DNA of 64,000 nt from positions 28,806 through 92,805 of the forward strand of contig JAGLWI010000002.1 in assembly GCA_023133515.1 (NCBI GenBank), read 5' to 3'. Shown piece by piece: positions 24,799-34,920 of the stretch. The stretch is from Candidatus Babeliales bacterium (GTDB lineage Bacteria; Babelota; Babeliae; Babelales; UASB340). Position numbers and translations under genes: made by a program. The stretch's first letter is position 1, and the number at the start of each line of letters is the position of its first letter. The notes under the pieces are model-generated. The model had not been told where the DNA came from. It saw nothing but the letters and a program-made list of their open reading frames with translations, and searched no databases.

Positions 24799-26787
24799 AT
24801 GGAATTAATTCAATATTTTACAATGTTTAGTAGTGTTGCCCTTGCCGGCATAATTCTTGTATTATTTCTTTTCAAAAAAATAACAAAAATCAAAGAAAGA
24901 AATCGCAAAGCAGAACATATTGCTCAATTAATACGCAAAGGTGCAATGACTTTTTTGAAAAAAGAATATTCCATTCTTTCAATCGTTATAGCCTGCGTTT
25001 TTATAACACTTTTCATCATTACAAATATCATAACAGCTTTTGCTTATCTTTGTGGCACTCTATTTTCAATGTTAGCTGGCTACATTGGGATGAGGGCTGC
25101 AACAAAAGCCAATGTAGCAACAACTATGGCAGCTAAAACAGAAGGTGAAAGATCGGCATTTTTAACCGCACTTTTGGGCGGTTCTGTTATGGGTTTTGTT
25201 GTTGCAAGCCTAGGACTTATTGGTCTTGGAACATTGTTTTATTTGTTTGTAGAAAGTAAAACATTAAATTTCATACAAATTCTCGCTTGTTTTGGTCTTG
25301 GTGCAAGCTCAATTGCATTTTTTGCTCGTGTAGGTGGAGGAATTTATACAAAAGCTGCAGATGTTGGAGCAGATCTTGTTGGAAAAATTGAAATGAATAT
25401 TCCTGAAGATGATCCAAGAAATCCTGCTGTAATTGCAGATAATGTTGGGGACTGTGTAGGTGATACAGCAGGAATGGGAGCTGATATTTTTGAATCTTAC
25501 GTTGGTGCAACAATTGCAACCATAGCTCTAGGGTTTGAACGTTTTTCAGGAAAAATAAATTATATTTCATTACCTCTAATGCTAATCACAATTGGTCTTG
25601 TCTCTTCTATGATAGGTCTAGGATCAATTTATCTTTTCAAAGGTAAGTTGAGTAAAATGCTTCATAACTCAACATATGTTGCAATTATATTTTTTTTAAC
25701 TGGTAGTTATTTCTACATGAAATATTCTAATATAGAATTACGTTTTTTCGGATCAATAGTCTTAGGAGCACTTACTGGTGTTATTATCGGTCTTATTACA
25801 GATTATTATACAAATGGTAATCCAATTAAAAAACTAGCAAAAACTTCACTCTCAGGTGCTGCAACAAATTTAATTTATGGACTTTCAATTGGATTCGAAT
25901 CAATTGTTATGCCAGTCTGTTCTATTGCACTTGTAATTTTTACATCTTATAAATTTTTTGGTGGATTATATGGAGTCTCTCTTGCAGCTGTCTCAATGTT
26001 GGCTACAGTAGGAATTACGATGTCCGTTGACGCTTATGGCCCAATAGCAGATAACGCAGGAGGAATTTCTGAAATGGCTGGATTTGGACCAAAAGTTAGA
26101 AAGATTACAGATAAATTAGATTCATTAGGAAACATGACTGCTGCTCTTGGAAAAGGTTTTGCTATTGGATCTGCAGCTTTAACAGCTCTTGCCATGTTTG
26201 CAGCATTTTCTGAAAAAGCTAATCTCGAAGTCATTAATCTTTTAAATCCATCAGTAATCGCTGGACTTTTTATTGGTGGCACAATGCCATTTTTAATTTC
26301 CGCTCTTACAATGCGTTCTGTTGGTAAAGCTGCATGGCAAATGGTTATAGAAGTTAGAAGACAATTTAAAGAAATTAAAGGACTAATACAAGGTAAAGCA
26401 GAACCTGATTATGAGCGATGTATCAACATCAGCACAAATTCTGCATTAAAAGAAATGTTATTACCTGGAATTTTAACTGTTAGTGCACCAATCATTATCA
26501 AATTTGCTTTTGGAAGTAACGGAAATCTAGCCCTTGGAGGATTTTTAGCAGGAGCAACATTAACAGGTGTTGTAATGGCTCTTACTATGGCAAATGCAGG
26601 TGGGGCATGGGACAATGCTAAAAAATTTATAGAAGCAGGAAATTTTGGAGGTAAAGGTTCTGATGCTCATAAAGCCGCAGTTGTTGGAGATACAGTTGGA
26701 GATCCATTTAAAGATACTTCAGGACCATCACTCAATATTTTGATTAAGTTAATGGCTGTAATTTCTCTATTACTTGCAACGTTATAG
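24799..26787 (+). CDS. hppA: membrane-bound proton/sodium-translocating pyrophosphatase
   Basis: 662 aa with many TM helices. Signature motifs are present: [27 protein letters not shown] and [22 protein letters not shown]. Confidence 0.93.
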   Translation: MELIQYFTMFSSVALAGIILVLFLFKKITKIKERNRKAEHIAQLIRKGAMTFLKKEYSILSIVIACVFITLFIITNIITAFAYLCGTLFSMLAGYIGMRAATKANVATTMAAKTEGERSAFLTALLGGSVMGFVVASLGLIGLGTLFYLFVESKTLNFIQILACFGLGASSIAFFARVGGGIYTKAADVGADLVGKIEMNIPEDDPRNPAVIADNVGDCVGDTAGMGADIFESYVGATIATIALGFERFSGKINYISLPLMLITIGLVSSMIGLGSIYLFKGKLSKMLHNSTYVAIIFFLTGSYFYMKYSNIELRFFGSIVLGALTGVIIGLITDYYTNGNPIKKLAKTSLSGAATNLIYGLSIGFESIVMPVCSIALVIFTSYKFFGGLYGVSLAAVSMLATVGITMSVDAYGPIADNAGGISEMAGFGPKVRKITDKLDSLGNMTAALGKGFAIGSAALTALAMFAAFSEKANLEVINLLNPSVIAGLFIGGTMPFLISALTMRSVGKAAWQMVIEVRRQFKEIKGLIQGKAEPDYERCINISTNSALKEMLLPGILTVSAPIIIKFAFGSNGNLALGGFLAGATLTGVVMALTMANAGGAWDNAKKFIEAGNFGGKGSDAHKAAVVGDTVGDPFKDTSGPSLNILIKLMAVISLLLATL

Positions 26788-26793
26788 CCTACT

Positions 26794-27942
26794 TTATTTT
26801 TTAACTAAAATATAAGCTTCAGAAGTATTTGGTAGTTGACTGAGCCATAGTTTAAAACGCCACTTACTTTTAAAAACACCAGCAAAAAGATCTAGCTGAT
26901 AAAGATTATTTGTAAACGCTCCACCACAATCCGCAAGAACACCAAGACGAATTTCTTTTCTTCTGGTTATTGGATTCTTATACCTTATCAAAATAATTTT
27001 TCCTAGGCCGATATTGTACAAATCTCCTGCAAAAATAACACCTGACCTTCCTTTTTTAAAATTACTATATTTAAGCCTACGAAAATACCAATATCTTTTC
27101 TGTTCTTTCTTATCTTTTATTTTTTTGTCATAAACAAAACCATTGTTCTTATCAACATTAAAAACTAGCTCTCGCTTATCAGGCATTCTTACCACAGCCG
27201 TCCCTTGCATTAGAGCCTCTTCAAGTCCATCTCTTGTAAGCCACACCAATGGTTTTACTTTGTGTTTAAATCCTTTTCTATTCAAAATTCCGGATAAAAC
27301 ATTCTGCTTTGTATATTTAAACCTGTCTTTTTTAGTAAATTTTTTATTTATTATTTTATAAAGTGCGTAACAAAACTTTTTGGTTCTGTTATAACTTCCA
27401 TCAATTTTAAATACAGCATAACTAGTCAACCGAATTTTTCCTGGTGGAATCTTTCCTTTATATTTACCATCAGAAATGACAACATTATTTTCATAGGCAG
27501 ATTTAGCATCACCGGACCATTTAATAAAATTAAAATTTTTATTTAAAAATTCTGGATCAAGAATTCTAAATTTCCTTTTATTTTTTTTATCTTTATCTAT
27601 AACAGATATAATAAATTTCAATGTCTCTTTTACTTTTTTTGATCTGACAATTTTCTTATCAAAAATTAAAGGTTTTGTTACTTTTTTATTTTTTAATGTC
27701 TGTTCGTTAAAAGCCTTCAATGCGTCTTTTGCAGCCTCCTGCAAGGCAAAAACATTAGTAATAATCATTTCTTTATCAAATGAAATATTTATCTTATGAA
27801 AAAAATCTGTAATATCCAATCGCTTAACACTTCCTACACCTCCATTAAAAGACTCAATCTCTACTTTCTCTAAATAAAAAGCAAAAAGCGAAAAATGAAA
27901 AAATAAAAAAATAAAAAATAGATTTTTAAGAATTTTTTTCAT
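26794..27942 (-). CDS. mltA: MltA-like lytic murein transglycosylase
   Basis: 382 aa, SD GAGGGGG, with a signal peptide. The C-terminal 3D-domain-like motif is [23 protein letters not shown] (compare DTGGAI...D.F.G). The length and insert-domain layout fit MltA. Confidence 0.6.
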   Translation of the reverse strand: MKKILKNLFFIFLFFHFSLFAFYLEKVEIESFNGGVGSVKRLDITDFFHKINISFDKEMIITNVFALQEAAKDALKAFNEQTLKNKKVTKPLIFDKKIVRSKKVKETLKFIISVIDKDKKNKRKFRILDPEFLNKNFNFIKWSGDAKSAYENNVVISDGKYKGKIPPGKIRLTSYAVFKIDGSYNRTKKFCYALYKIINKKFTKKDRFKYTKQNVLSGILNRKGFKHKVKPLVWLTRDGLEEALMQGTAVVRMPDKRELVFNVDKNNGFVYDKKIKDKKEQKRYWYFRRLKYSNFKKGRSGVIFAGDLYNIGLGKIILIRYKNPITRRKEIRLGVLADCGGAFTNNLYQLDLFAGVFKSKWRFKLWLSQLPNTSEAYILVKK

Positions 27943-28158
27943 CCTTACCCCCTCAAAATAAGAAAATGTACCTTATTAACCTCTTTTTTATATTAAAACA
28001 TACGATGCTAAGAAAAATCAAGCATTCAAACTTTACAAAAAATTCTTGAAAATGAACCTTATGCTTATGTATCATTTAAATAAGTAGAACCAAATAAAAT
28101 AAAAATACTGGAAAAAAATAAATCTTATTTAAAAAGATGAGGAAACTGGGGGGCAAAA

Positions 28159-29421
28159 ATGAAAAAACAATTGATAGTATTCATAAAACTGATTTGTACT
28201 ATATATCTTATAACAATACTTCCTCAAATAATATCACAAAGAAACAAGAATCATAATTTAATAAACCTTCGCCAACCTGTCCATCAAAGCTTTGACATAG
28301 GTGGAAGTTGCTATTTACAAGTAATAAATAAAAACACAAAAACCCTTTTGGGAATTGAAAATCTTGCAAACCATAACAAGAAATTTTCCCAAATAAAAAA
28401 GCTCAGACTAGGAATCATAAGTAATGATCCATCTAAAAAAAACATAGATCTTTTACTAGAAAAAGGATTTAAAATAAAAAAAATCTTTCTTATAAAAACA
28501 TCATCACTTTTAAAATACAAAAAAATTGAGATTTTTAACTGGGAAGTTCAAAAAACTTGCCTTCCTATAAAACATATTGAAAATTTAGACGCCATCATTT
28601 TTGACATACAAGACTCTGGGCTACGTCATGATGTCACCTTTGCTGCACTGTTAAAAACAATGAATTCTGCAATAAGAAATAATAAACAATTAATAATTAC
28701 AGACCGACCAAATCCATTAGGTAAATGTATGGAAGGGCCTGGAGATATTCCTTTACGACATGCAATGACTATAGGAGAAATAGCTATCTATCTAAATAAA
28801 CACAACTTTGAAAAATCTTTAAATCTTACTGTCGTTCCTCTAGTAAACTGGAAAAGAGACAACCCATTGTATAATATAAAAAACAATGGCCTATTTAAAA
28901 ATATAAATTCACTAAATCTTATTTATTCTTCTAGCTTTCTAAGCATATTAAAAGAAATAGAACCTATAAAAATACATATAAACGGAAAAAAGACATTTCA
29001 AGTGATTTTACTACCAAATAACAACAATCTTTCAGAATGGGAAATTAAATATTTTAAAAATTTATGTTCAAAGCTTGGAATTTTTTGCAAAGCTTATTCT
29101 TATTGGAATAAAAATAAAAATATTAATGGTTTAAAAATTGGAGTAAAAAAGAATATTAACAAATTCTCGGCATTCAATTCTTTGCTAACAATAATCAGAT
29201 TTTTAAAAAACAGAAAAAATATAAAAATTTCTTTTTCCCAAATGTTTGATAAAAAATTGGGAGATAACCAAACAAGATATTTCTTGCAAAATCGTCTAAG
29301 TTTTGGTGAGCTAAAAGATAGGATAGAAAACAACCTGAAAAATTTTTATTCCAAAACAAAAGATTGTTTTTTATATAAACCATTTCCTCAAATCAAAAAG
29401 GTTAAAATTTTGAGAGGATAG
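28159..29421 (+). CDS. namZ: DUF1343 / NamZ-like exo-beta-N-acetylmuramidase
   Basis: 420 aa with an N-terminal hydrophobic anchor. DUF1343 signatures are present: IIFDIQDSGLRH, LIITDRPNPLG..MEGPG and IPLRHAMTIGEIA. Confidence 0.7.
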   Translation: MKKQLIVFIKLICTIYLITILPQIISQRNKNHNLINLRQPVHQSFDIGGSCYLQVINKNTKTLLGIENLANHNKKFSQIKKLRLGIISNDPSKKNIDLLLEKGFKIKKIFLIKTSSLLKYKKIEIFNWEVQKTCLPIKHIENLDAIIFDIQDSGLRHDVTFAALLKTMNSAIRNNKQLIITDRPNPLGKCMEGPGDIPLRHAMTIGEIAIYLNKHNFEKSLNLTVVPLVNWKRDNPLYNIKNNGLFKNINSLNLIYSSSFLSILKEIEPIKIHINGKKTFQVILLPNNNNLSEWEIKYFKNLCSKLGIFCKAYSYWNKNKNINGLKIGVKKNINKFSAFNSLLTIIRFLKNRKNIKISFSQMFDKKLGDNQTRYFLQNRLSFGELKDRIENNLKNFYSKTKDCFLYKPFPQIKKVKILRG

Positions 29422-30065
29422 TGCAAAATAAAGAAATAGGTTTCGTTTTAAAAAGATTTTTTCCACAGAAACAAAAACTTTCCATTCTTTGTCAATACAA
29501 AGGCAAAATATCTATTACCACTAATCCTGAACAAAGATTTGATCAATTGCGACCAGGTATGCTAATTTCATTTAATTATTCAGGAAACACAAGTAGCATA
29601 TATTTTGCCAATAATATAGAAATTCTTATGACACCTCAAGATATAAAATATGATTGTTTTACCTGGCTTCATCGTTTTCTAGAAATATGTTATTATTTTG
29701 TTCCTATTGAAAAACCATGCCACGAAATTTTTTTTCATCTATACAACTACTTCTTGATTTATAAATTAGAATATCAATTTTTAACCCAAATAGAAATTAT
29801 TAAAAAAATATATTTATTAAAACTATTAGCATTACTTGGTTTTTATCCAAATAAAGAACTTTTGGCATTTTTAAATATTTATGATCAACTATCATCTTTA
29901 TATGTTGACTTTAAAGATCAACAAAAAGTAGAATTTTTAAAATGGAACTTACAAAAAATTAAAAAAGTGCACAATAAAAAGATAGATGATTGGATTTTAA
30001 ATTGTATAAATAGCCATCCAAGCTTCAAAAAATTTAAAATGTTAAAAGAAATACAAAAAAAATAG
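29421..30065 (+). CDS. RecO-like recombination mediator (divergent; no zinc-finger cysteines seen)
   Basis: 214 aa with a GTG start overlapping the namZ-like stop by 1 nt. The N-terminal OB-like pattern is EIGFVLKRF..KQKLSILCQYKGKISITT. The helical region carries LLKLLALLGFYP, resembling the RecO L..LG..P motif. Confidence 0.4.
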   Translation: MQNKEIGFVLKRFFPQKQKLSILCQYKGKISITTNPEQRFDQLRPGMLISFNYSGNTSSIYFANNIEILMTPQDIKYDCFTWLHRFLEICYYFVPIEKPCHEIFFHLYNYFLIYKLEYQFLTQIEIIKKIYLLKLLALLGFYPNKELLAFLNIYDQLSSLYVDFKDQQKVEFLKWNLQKIKKVHNKKIDDWILNCINSHPSFKKFKMLKEIQKK

Positions 30066-30073
30066 GAATAAAA

Positions 30074-33000
30074 ATGCAAATCAAAAAATTATATATCTCA
30101 ATTTTTTCTATAACGTTCTTTTCAATATGTTTTAATACAACCTCAAAAGCAATTTTTGATTTATCAAAGTTTATTGGTAAAGAAAAAGAAGTAGAATTTG
30201 TTTTTCTAACAAATATTGAAGCTAAAAAAAATCAGTTAGAAAAATTAGAAAAAGATCTGAGCTCATTTTCAAAAAGACATCAGGAAGCCAACAAAGAAAT
30301 AATTCGTAAATTAAATATTATTCAAACAGAATTAGAACAAGTGCAAGAAAAAATTAAAACTACAAATGAAAAGGAACAAGAATATTTAAACAAAAAAATA
30401 AAAATTTTAAATGATAGAAAACAAAATCTTACACAAATAAAAGAACTATGGAACGAAAATAAGGGAATTTTAGAAAAAAATATAAAAATTATAAACGATA
30501 TTATAGAAACACTAGCAATAAAAAAAATAGTTCCTGAATTAAAACTTGTATACTCCTGGAAAGAATTTAAAGATGCGCAAAATAAATTTGCTGAACAAAT
30601 AGCAAAAATAGAAACAGAAAAATCAATAAAAGATAACTTATTCAAACAAAAAATCGCAGAAAAGGAAAATATCTTTTACCAACAAAAACAAAAAACAGAA
30701 AAAAACAAAGAAAAAGAAACCCTTTACAAACCAATTAAGGAAGAAACAGAAAAAGAAGAAATATCAGAAGAAAAAGTTGATATAGAAATATTAGCAAACA
30801 TTTTGAAAAACGAATTAAATTTAATTGATGAAAAAATAGAATATTCAAACCTAAAACAAGAAAGCTTAAATCACCAAATAAGACTTAAAGAAAATGAAAT
30901 AGAACTTTTAGAAAATCTTGCTAAAAATACAAAAAAACTTCTATCAATAATAGAAAAACGACTTATTCTGGATAAATCAGACGTTGAACTTGCAAAAACA
31001 GAATTGGATAATGAAACACAAAAATCTCTAAAAATAAAATCTAATCTAAATAAACAAAAAAAAATAAAAATAGATGAAAAGGAAAAACTTCTCATTCAAA
31101 TTGAAAAATTAAAAAGTGAAGAAAAACAAGTAAAAGATGAAGGAGATGAATCTGAAATCTATTATACACAATCCAAACTATCTGAAATAGAAAACAAAAT
31201 AGATGAAGTTGATTGTAAACTAAAATGGATAAATTCAAAAAAAGAACTGGCTGATATTAACGTCTCAACTGCAAATCTACAATATCAAATCATTGATATC
31301 TACCATAAAGTAAACATAGAAAAAGTAGATGCCTCTATAATTGAAACACTAAAAAATCAAAAAGATATTGTTTTAAACCTTATAAAACAATTAAATGATA
31401 AACGAGATACTGGCGCAAACTCCTTTTTAGAAGCAACTCGCAACATTAACAATTTAAATGTAAAAAAAGAAGAAATCAAAAACAAAAGAGATACTACTTT
31501 TAAAGACAAAAAACAAACTTTTAACAAAATTTTAAATAATATCTCTCAAGCTCAATATCACAAACAAAATCAATTAAAAATTACTCAAGAATATCTAACA
31601 GTAATTGCAGATTCAATTATCAGGCAACAAAAAATTATAAATCAGTATGATTTTATAATAAATGATCTTGAAACTAGACTAATTTCAGTAAATATTTGGA
31701 AAAGATCTCATAGAGCAATATCTTTTGTAGAACTTTCCAAGTCTTTTTCTGATTCAGAAAACTTTTTTAATAAACTTTTTTGGGAAACTCCTTCATATCT
31801 AAACCCAATAAGTCTTTTAAATGCCATAAAACAATTTGGATGGAAAAATTATCTCGGTTTTTTTATTTTCATACTATTCTTTTTGGTCACATTTCTCGGA
31901 ATTAAAAAACTTTTGTTATTTTTACAAAAAAATATACACAAAAATAAATTTCTCCAACAAAAAAAATATTTATCTCTTATTTTAGAATCTTTAATAGAAT
32001 TTTCTTTAAAAAATTTTAAACTTCTATTCAGTTGGTTTTTTATCTTTTTGCATATAATCTTCAACTTCAAATATCTTTTCGCATTTTTAGCTGTTCTCGC
32101 AAATCCATATTCTTTATCTATTTTTTATCTAATATCAATTCCAATATTGATATATTTATCCTCTCAATTAATATCAAATGCAAAAGATTTAAACAAAAAA
32201 TTAAGTTACTTATTTTTTACGGAAAAAACACAAAGTAAATTCTTATTTTTAATAACTACTATTCTTTACTCCACATCAATTTTGATACCACTCAGACAAG
32301 CATTTTTATATTTTGGCGACATAGAATCAGAATTTCCAAACGTCATTCTTGCAGCTTATTCTCTCATTTTAGTGATTCTTATCTTGTTCTTTTTCAGTAA
32401 AGAAGACGTCTTAACTCTTCTTCCATCAAAAGGTAAATTATTCATATGGCTAAAAGAAAAAATAGATAAATATTATTATCCAGTTTTCATCTTTTTTATG
32501 GGTTTACTAATTTTATCAAATCCATATATTGGCTATTCAAACTTAGCATGGTACTTAGCTTTTGCTGTTCCATCATCTGTATTTTTAATTTATGGAATAT
32601 TTTTTATTCATTTCTACCTTCGCAAATACTCAGTCACATTCTTTTTAAAAGAAGAAGATGAAGAAATAAAAGATAAATTTGATCATGCTAAAACTTATTA
32701 TGGTTTTTTTATTGTAATATCATTTTTAGTACTACTATTTTTTACATTCATACTAATAACCAGAATATGGAGATTTGACTACAATATAGCATCAACATGG
32801 AAAGCCTTATCCGAAGATTGGGTATTGCCAATAGAACCAAAGTTAGGAATAGTACAATTTTTGATTTTGATAACCTTTATTGCCAGCGGATTTTTAATAT
32901 CATCTTTAATCCATAAATTCGTTTTAAATAAATTGTTCGATATATTAAGAACAGAACCTGGAACACAAAATACAATATTTAGAATATCTCATTATCTAAT

Positions 33001-33688
33001 CATAGGCTTAACATTGATTTTAGGCTTTGTAACAATTCGATTAGAATATTTCATATTTTCGATTGGTGGACTTTTAGTATTAGGTGTAGGTTTTGGACTT
33101 AAAGATCTTATCACAGATTTTATTGCAGGTTTTTTTGTATTAATTGAAAGGTCTATAGAAATAGGAAACTTTATTCAGCTTGATGAAAACACAATGGGAA
33201 CTGTACATAAAATTTCAGCACGAGCAACTACAATAAGAACTGCAAGAAACTTTTCTCTAATTATTCCAAACAAAGATATAATTTCTAAACCTATAATAAA
33301 TTGGAGTCAGGGAAGAAGAGCCGTTGGCCTTGAACTCATTGTACTAGTTTCTTATGAATCAGATCCAGAATTTGTTAAAACTGTACTAACTCAAACTATT
33401 CATAATCATCCTGCAATATTAAAAATTCCAGCTATTAATCTTAGGCTTGAAGATTTTGAAGATAATGGAATGAAATTTTTCGTAAGAGCCTTTGTAAGCG
33501 CTAGAAGGGTATTAGATCAATGGGAGATTGCAAGTGATCTAAGATTTTCAGTTATCAAAGAATTTTCTAAAAACAATATTATAATTCCTTTTCCACAACA
33601 CGTTATTCATTTTTCTAAAAATGACGAAAATCAATCTAAGCCTGTAAAAGCAATAGAAATAAAATTTGATCAGGAGGTTTCAAAATAA
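30074..33688 (+). CDS. mscK: MscK/KefA-type mechanosensitive channel (MscS family) with a long N-terminal coiled-coil domain
   Basis: 1,204 aa. A signal peptide is followed by about 550 aa of K/E coiled coil and about 10-11 TM helices. The MscS core reads GFGLKDLITDFIAGFFVLIERSIEIGNFIQLD..GTVHKISARATTIRT. Confidence 0.85.
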   Translation: MQIKKLYISIFSITFFSICFNTTSKAIFDLSKFIGKEKEVEFVFLTNIEAKKNQLEKLEKDLSSFSKRHQEANKEIIRKLNIIQTELEQVQEKIKTTNEKEQEYLNKKIKILNDRKQNLTQIKELWNENKGILEKNIKIINDIIETLAIKKIVPELKLVYSWKEFKDAQNKFAEQIAKIETEKSIKDNLFKQKIAEKENIFYQQKQKTEKNKEKETLYKPIKEETEKEEISEEKVDIEILANILKNELNLIDEKIEYSNLKQESLNHQIRLKENEIELLENLAKNTKKLLSIIEKRLILDKSDVELAKTELDNETQKSLKIKSNLNKQKKIKIDEKEKLLIQIEKLKSEEKQVKDEGDESEIYYTQSKLSEIENKIDEVDCKLKWINSKKELADINVSTANLQYQIIDIYHKVNIEKVDASIIETLKNQKDIVLNLIKQLNDKRDTGANSFLEATRNINNLNVKKEEIKNKRDTTFKDKKQTFNKILNNISQAQYHKQNQLKITQEYLTVIADSIIRQQKIINQYDFIINDLETRLISVNIWKRSHRAISFVELSKSFSDSENFFNKLFWETPSYLNPISLLNAIKQFGWKNYLGFFIFILFFLVTFLGIKKLLLFLQKNIHKNKFLQQKKYLSLILESLIEFSLKNFKLLFSWFFIFLHIIFNFKYLFAFLAVLANPYSLSIFYLISIPILIYLSSQLISNAKDLNKKLSYLFFTEKTQSKFLFLITTILYSTSILIPLRQAFLYFGDIESEFPNVILAAYSLILVILILFFFSKEDVLTLLPSKGKLFIWLKEKIDKYYYPVFIFFMGLLILSNPYIGYSNLAWYLAFAVPSSVFLIYGIFFIHFYLRKYSVTFFLKEEDEEIKDKFDHAKTYYGFFIVISFLVLLFFTFILITRIWRFDYNIASTWKALSEDWVLPIEPKLGIVQFLILITFIASGFLISSLIHKFVLNKLFDILRTEPGTQNTIFRISHYLIIGLTLILGFVTIRLEYFIFSIGGLLVLGVGFGLKDLITDFIAGFFVLIERSIEIGNFIQLDENTMGTVHKISARATTIRTARNFSLIIPNKDIISKPIINWSQGRRAVGLELIVLVSYESDPEFVKTVLTQTIHNHPAILKIPAINLRLEDFEDNGMKFFVRAFVSARRVLDQWEIASDLRFSVIKEFSKNNIIIPFPQHVIHFSKNDENQSKPVKAIEIKFDQEVSK

Positions 33689-33732
33689 ATCTTCTCTAAT
33701 CTGTTTAAATAAAATCTTCTACAATAAAAAAC

Positions 33733-33763
33733 GACGTTCACATAATCAACTCATATGAACGTC
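33733..33763 (-). terminator. Rho-independent terminator between convergent genes
   Basis: Stem GACGTTCA / TGAACGTC, extendable to 10 of 11 bp. A T-run follows on the minus strand. Confidence 0.55.
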
Positions 33764-33794
33764 ATTAATCAATCTCTAAATAAATAAATTTTAT

Positions 33795-34034
33795 TTATTT
33801 TAAAGAGATAAATGTTTTTAATTTTTCTATCAAATTATCTATAAAATTTGTAACTGTTTTAATTTTCAATCTTGCTAAGCCAAAATATATAAGTGCAATA
33901 CCAACAAAAATAAAAATTAAACTAATTATAACTTTGTAGGTTATTCCAAGCAAAATCAAACCTGCAATAATTGCAAGAACTCCAGTCAAATTATCCGAAC
34001 CCCACTTTTTTATACCTTCCCAGTCATTTGCCAT
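33795..34034 (-). CDS. small two-TM membrane protein (trio member C)
   Basis: 79 aa with SD AAGGAG. It contains GVLAIIAGLILLG...LIFIFVGIALIYFGLARLK. Confidence 0.6.
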   Translation of the reverse strand: MANDWEGIKKWGSDNLTGVLAIIAGLILLGITYKVIISLIFIFVGIALIYFGLARLKIKTVTNFIDNLIEKLKTFISLK

Positions 34035-34202
34035 TTTTTCTCCTTTTTAACAACACAAAAACAAAGACTATATCGTATTAAACTTAAAACTTCACATTCT
34101 TTTTTCAAAACAAAAATACTTCTTTTTATTTATCATAAACTAACAGAAACAAGCAAGAATTTGAAAAATTTTTAAAAAAGAATACAAAAAATTATTACTA
34201 AA

Positions 34203-34388
34203 TTAAAATCTATTTATAAATCTATGAATATAAAAAAAGACTGGAACATTTCTAAGTTTCAAACCACAGAAAACTAAATATAGTCCTAACCCAATAATTA
34301 TTGCACGAATAATAAGTTTACTTCCTGCTAAAAAAATTAAAAAAATCCCTAAAAAAATAAATATCGCCCCTTTTAACCTTAGATCCAT
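34203..34388 (-). CDS. small two-TM membrane protein (trio member B)
   Basis: The first ATG is at 34388; the track start at 34406 is a TTG. The product is MDLRLKGAIFIFLGIFLIFLAG...IIIGLGLYLVFCGLKL (61 aa). Confidence 0.5.
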   Translation of the reverse strand: MDLRLKGAIFIFLGIFLIFLAGSKLIIRAIIIGLGLYLVFCGLKLRNVPVFFYIHRFINRF

Positions 34389-34402
34389 ATATTTTCCAAA
34401 AA

Positions 34403-34579
34403 TCAATATTTATTAAAAATTAATTTCAATCCAGCCCAAATTAATGCAAGTGAAATTATAAGTTTGAAAATTAATGTCGAAAAAAGATCTGGCCAAAATA
34501 TCGAAAAACCAATAACTATCAAAATTATTCCTGGTAAAATGCTATGCTTACCTTTTTTGCAAACTTCATTATTTTCCAT
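34403..34579 (-). CDS. small two-TM membrane protein (trio member A; below the ORF-track length cut-off)
   Basis: My own translation gives MENNEVCKKGKHSILPGIILIVIGFSIFWPDLFSTLIFKLIISLALIWAGLKLIFNKY (58 aa). An AAAGGG SD-like element lies upstream. The stop TGA (34403-34405) is 14 nt upstream of the member B ATG. Confidence 0.45.
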   Translation of the reverse strand: MENNEVCKKGKHSILPGIILIVIGFSIFWPDLFSTLIFKLIISLALIWAGLKLIFNKY

Positions 34580-34610
34580 AACTTCAGCCCTTTAATCATT
34601 AAATAAAAGC

Positions 34611-34688
34611 TGGCGTCCCCAAGGGGATTTGAACCCCTGTTACAGGAATGAAAATCCTGGGTCCTAGACCTGGCTAGACGATGGGGAC
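34611..34688 (-). tRNA. tRNA-Glu (anticodon UUC), CCA encoded
   Basis: Reverse complement is GTCCCCATCGTCTAGCCAGGTCTAGGACCCAGGATTTTCATTCCTGTAACAGGGGTTCAAATCCCCTTGGGGACGCCA. It has a 7-bp acceptor stem, anticodon loop TT-TTC-AT and T-loop GGTTCAAATCC. Confidence 0.92.
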
Positions 34689-34703
34689 ACACAAAAATAA
34701 AAA

Positions 34704-34779
34704 TGGTGAGCCGCGCAGGAATCGAACCTGCGACCCACAGCTTAAAAGGCTGTTGCTCTACCGACTGAGCTAGCGGCCC
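34704..34779 (-). tRNA. tRNA-Lys (anticodon UUU), CCA encoded
   Basis: Reverse complement is GGGCCGCTAGCTCAGTCGGTAGAGCAACAGCCTTTTAAGCTGTGGGTCGCAGGTTCGATTCCTGCGCGGCTCACCA. The anticodon loop is CT-TTT-AA. Confidence 0.92.
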
Positions 34780-34829
34780 AATATAATTATATTATAACTA
34801 TATTATAACAAAAAAACTTTCGTATTGAA

Positions 34830-34858
34830 AATTTACAGAAATGACCTTTTTTTGTCAA
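34830..34858 (-). promoter_or_regulatory. candidate sigma70-type promoter for the tRNA-Lys/tRNA-Glu (and small membrane protein) transcript
   Basis: On the minus strand: TTGACA (34858-34853), a 17-nt spacer, then TAAATT (34835-34830), about 50 nt upstream of tRNA-Lys. AT-rich DNA gives many chance matches. Confidence 0.35.
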
Positions 34859-34920
34859 GGAAACTACTATAAAAGATTTATACCAAAATAAAAATTAATT
34901 TTTTAAAAAAATCGCTAAAA

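Noticed and set aside
33795-34779. tRNA-adjacent genomic island or integrated element
   Set aside because: There is no integrase, no recombinase, and no duplicated tRNA 3'-end (att) sequence flanking the small genes. The segment is under 1 kb.
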